64,000 nt of DNA from the NCBI GenBank assembly GCA_964016885.1, contig OZ024753.1, positions 37,882,001-37,946,000 on the forward strand, written 5' to 3'. A program made the translations under genes and the position numbers. Source of the stretch: Eledone cirrhosa. Taxonomy: Eukaryota. Each line of letters opens with the position of its first letter. Position 1 is the stretch's first letter. This document shows, piece by piece, positions 63,806-64,000 of this stretch. A model generated the notes under the pieces. It made no database searches, was not told the origin of the DNA, and was given only the letters and a program-made list of their open reading frames with translations.

Positions 63806-64000
63806 CTACAAGGTTTTTGGTGTTTAAGAAATAGACATCATTCCTATACAAAAATCAGTCTCCTGAATCCAAATATAACCTTCTTTTTGACCTATCAGAT
63901 CTAGTTTTTAAGTTATTGAGCATCCCTATAGTCCCTATGTATGTGTGTATGTCCAGTACGTTACCTTATTCTAATTCTAAGTTTATCTCTTTTTCCATAT

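Overview
AT-rich, repeat-dominated animal genomic DNA; the SINE, RTE-LINE and microsatellite content suggests an octopod cephalopod (inference). There is one clear host gene, an intronless TFIIE-beta (GTF2E2) ORF at 19362-20231, plus a probable orphan terminal exon encoding a C-terminal transmembrane segment on the minus strand (27399-27640). The rest is mostly mobile DNA: several RTE-clade LINE families (three with a PHD-like C4HC3 finger inside the RT), a short non-autonomous RTE derivative, two tRNA-derived SINE families, TTAA MITEs, a non-autonomous Helitron and about 16 kb of nearly continuous (TA)n/(TATG)n. The best candidate for a hidden system is a ~510-bp island inside that TA tract (41871-42383). 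It is a partial tandem repeat with a 311-bp period, and each copy carries a minimal type I hammerhead ribozyme, as in retrozymes and Penelope-like elements. Most long ORFs in the supplied track are microsatellite artefacts. Boundaries of old repeats are approximate and were read by eye.
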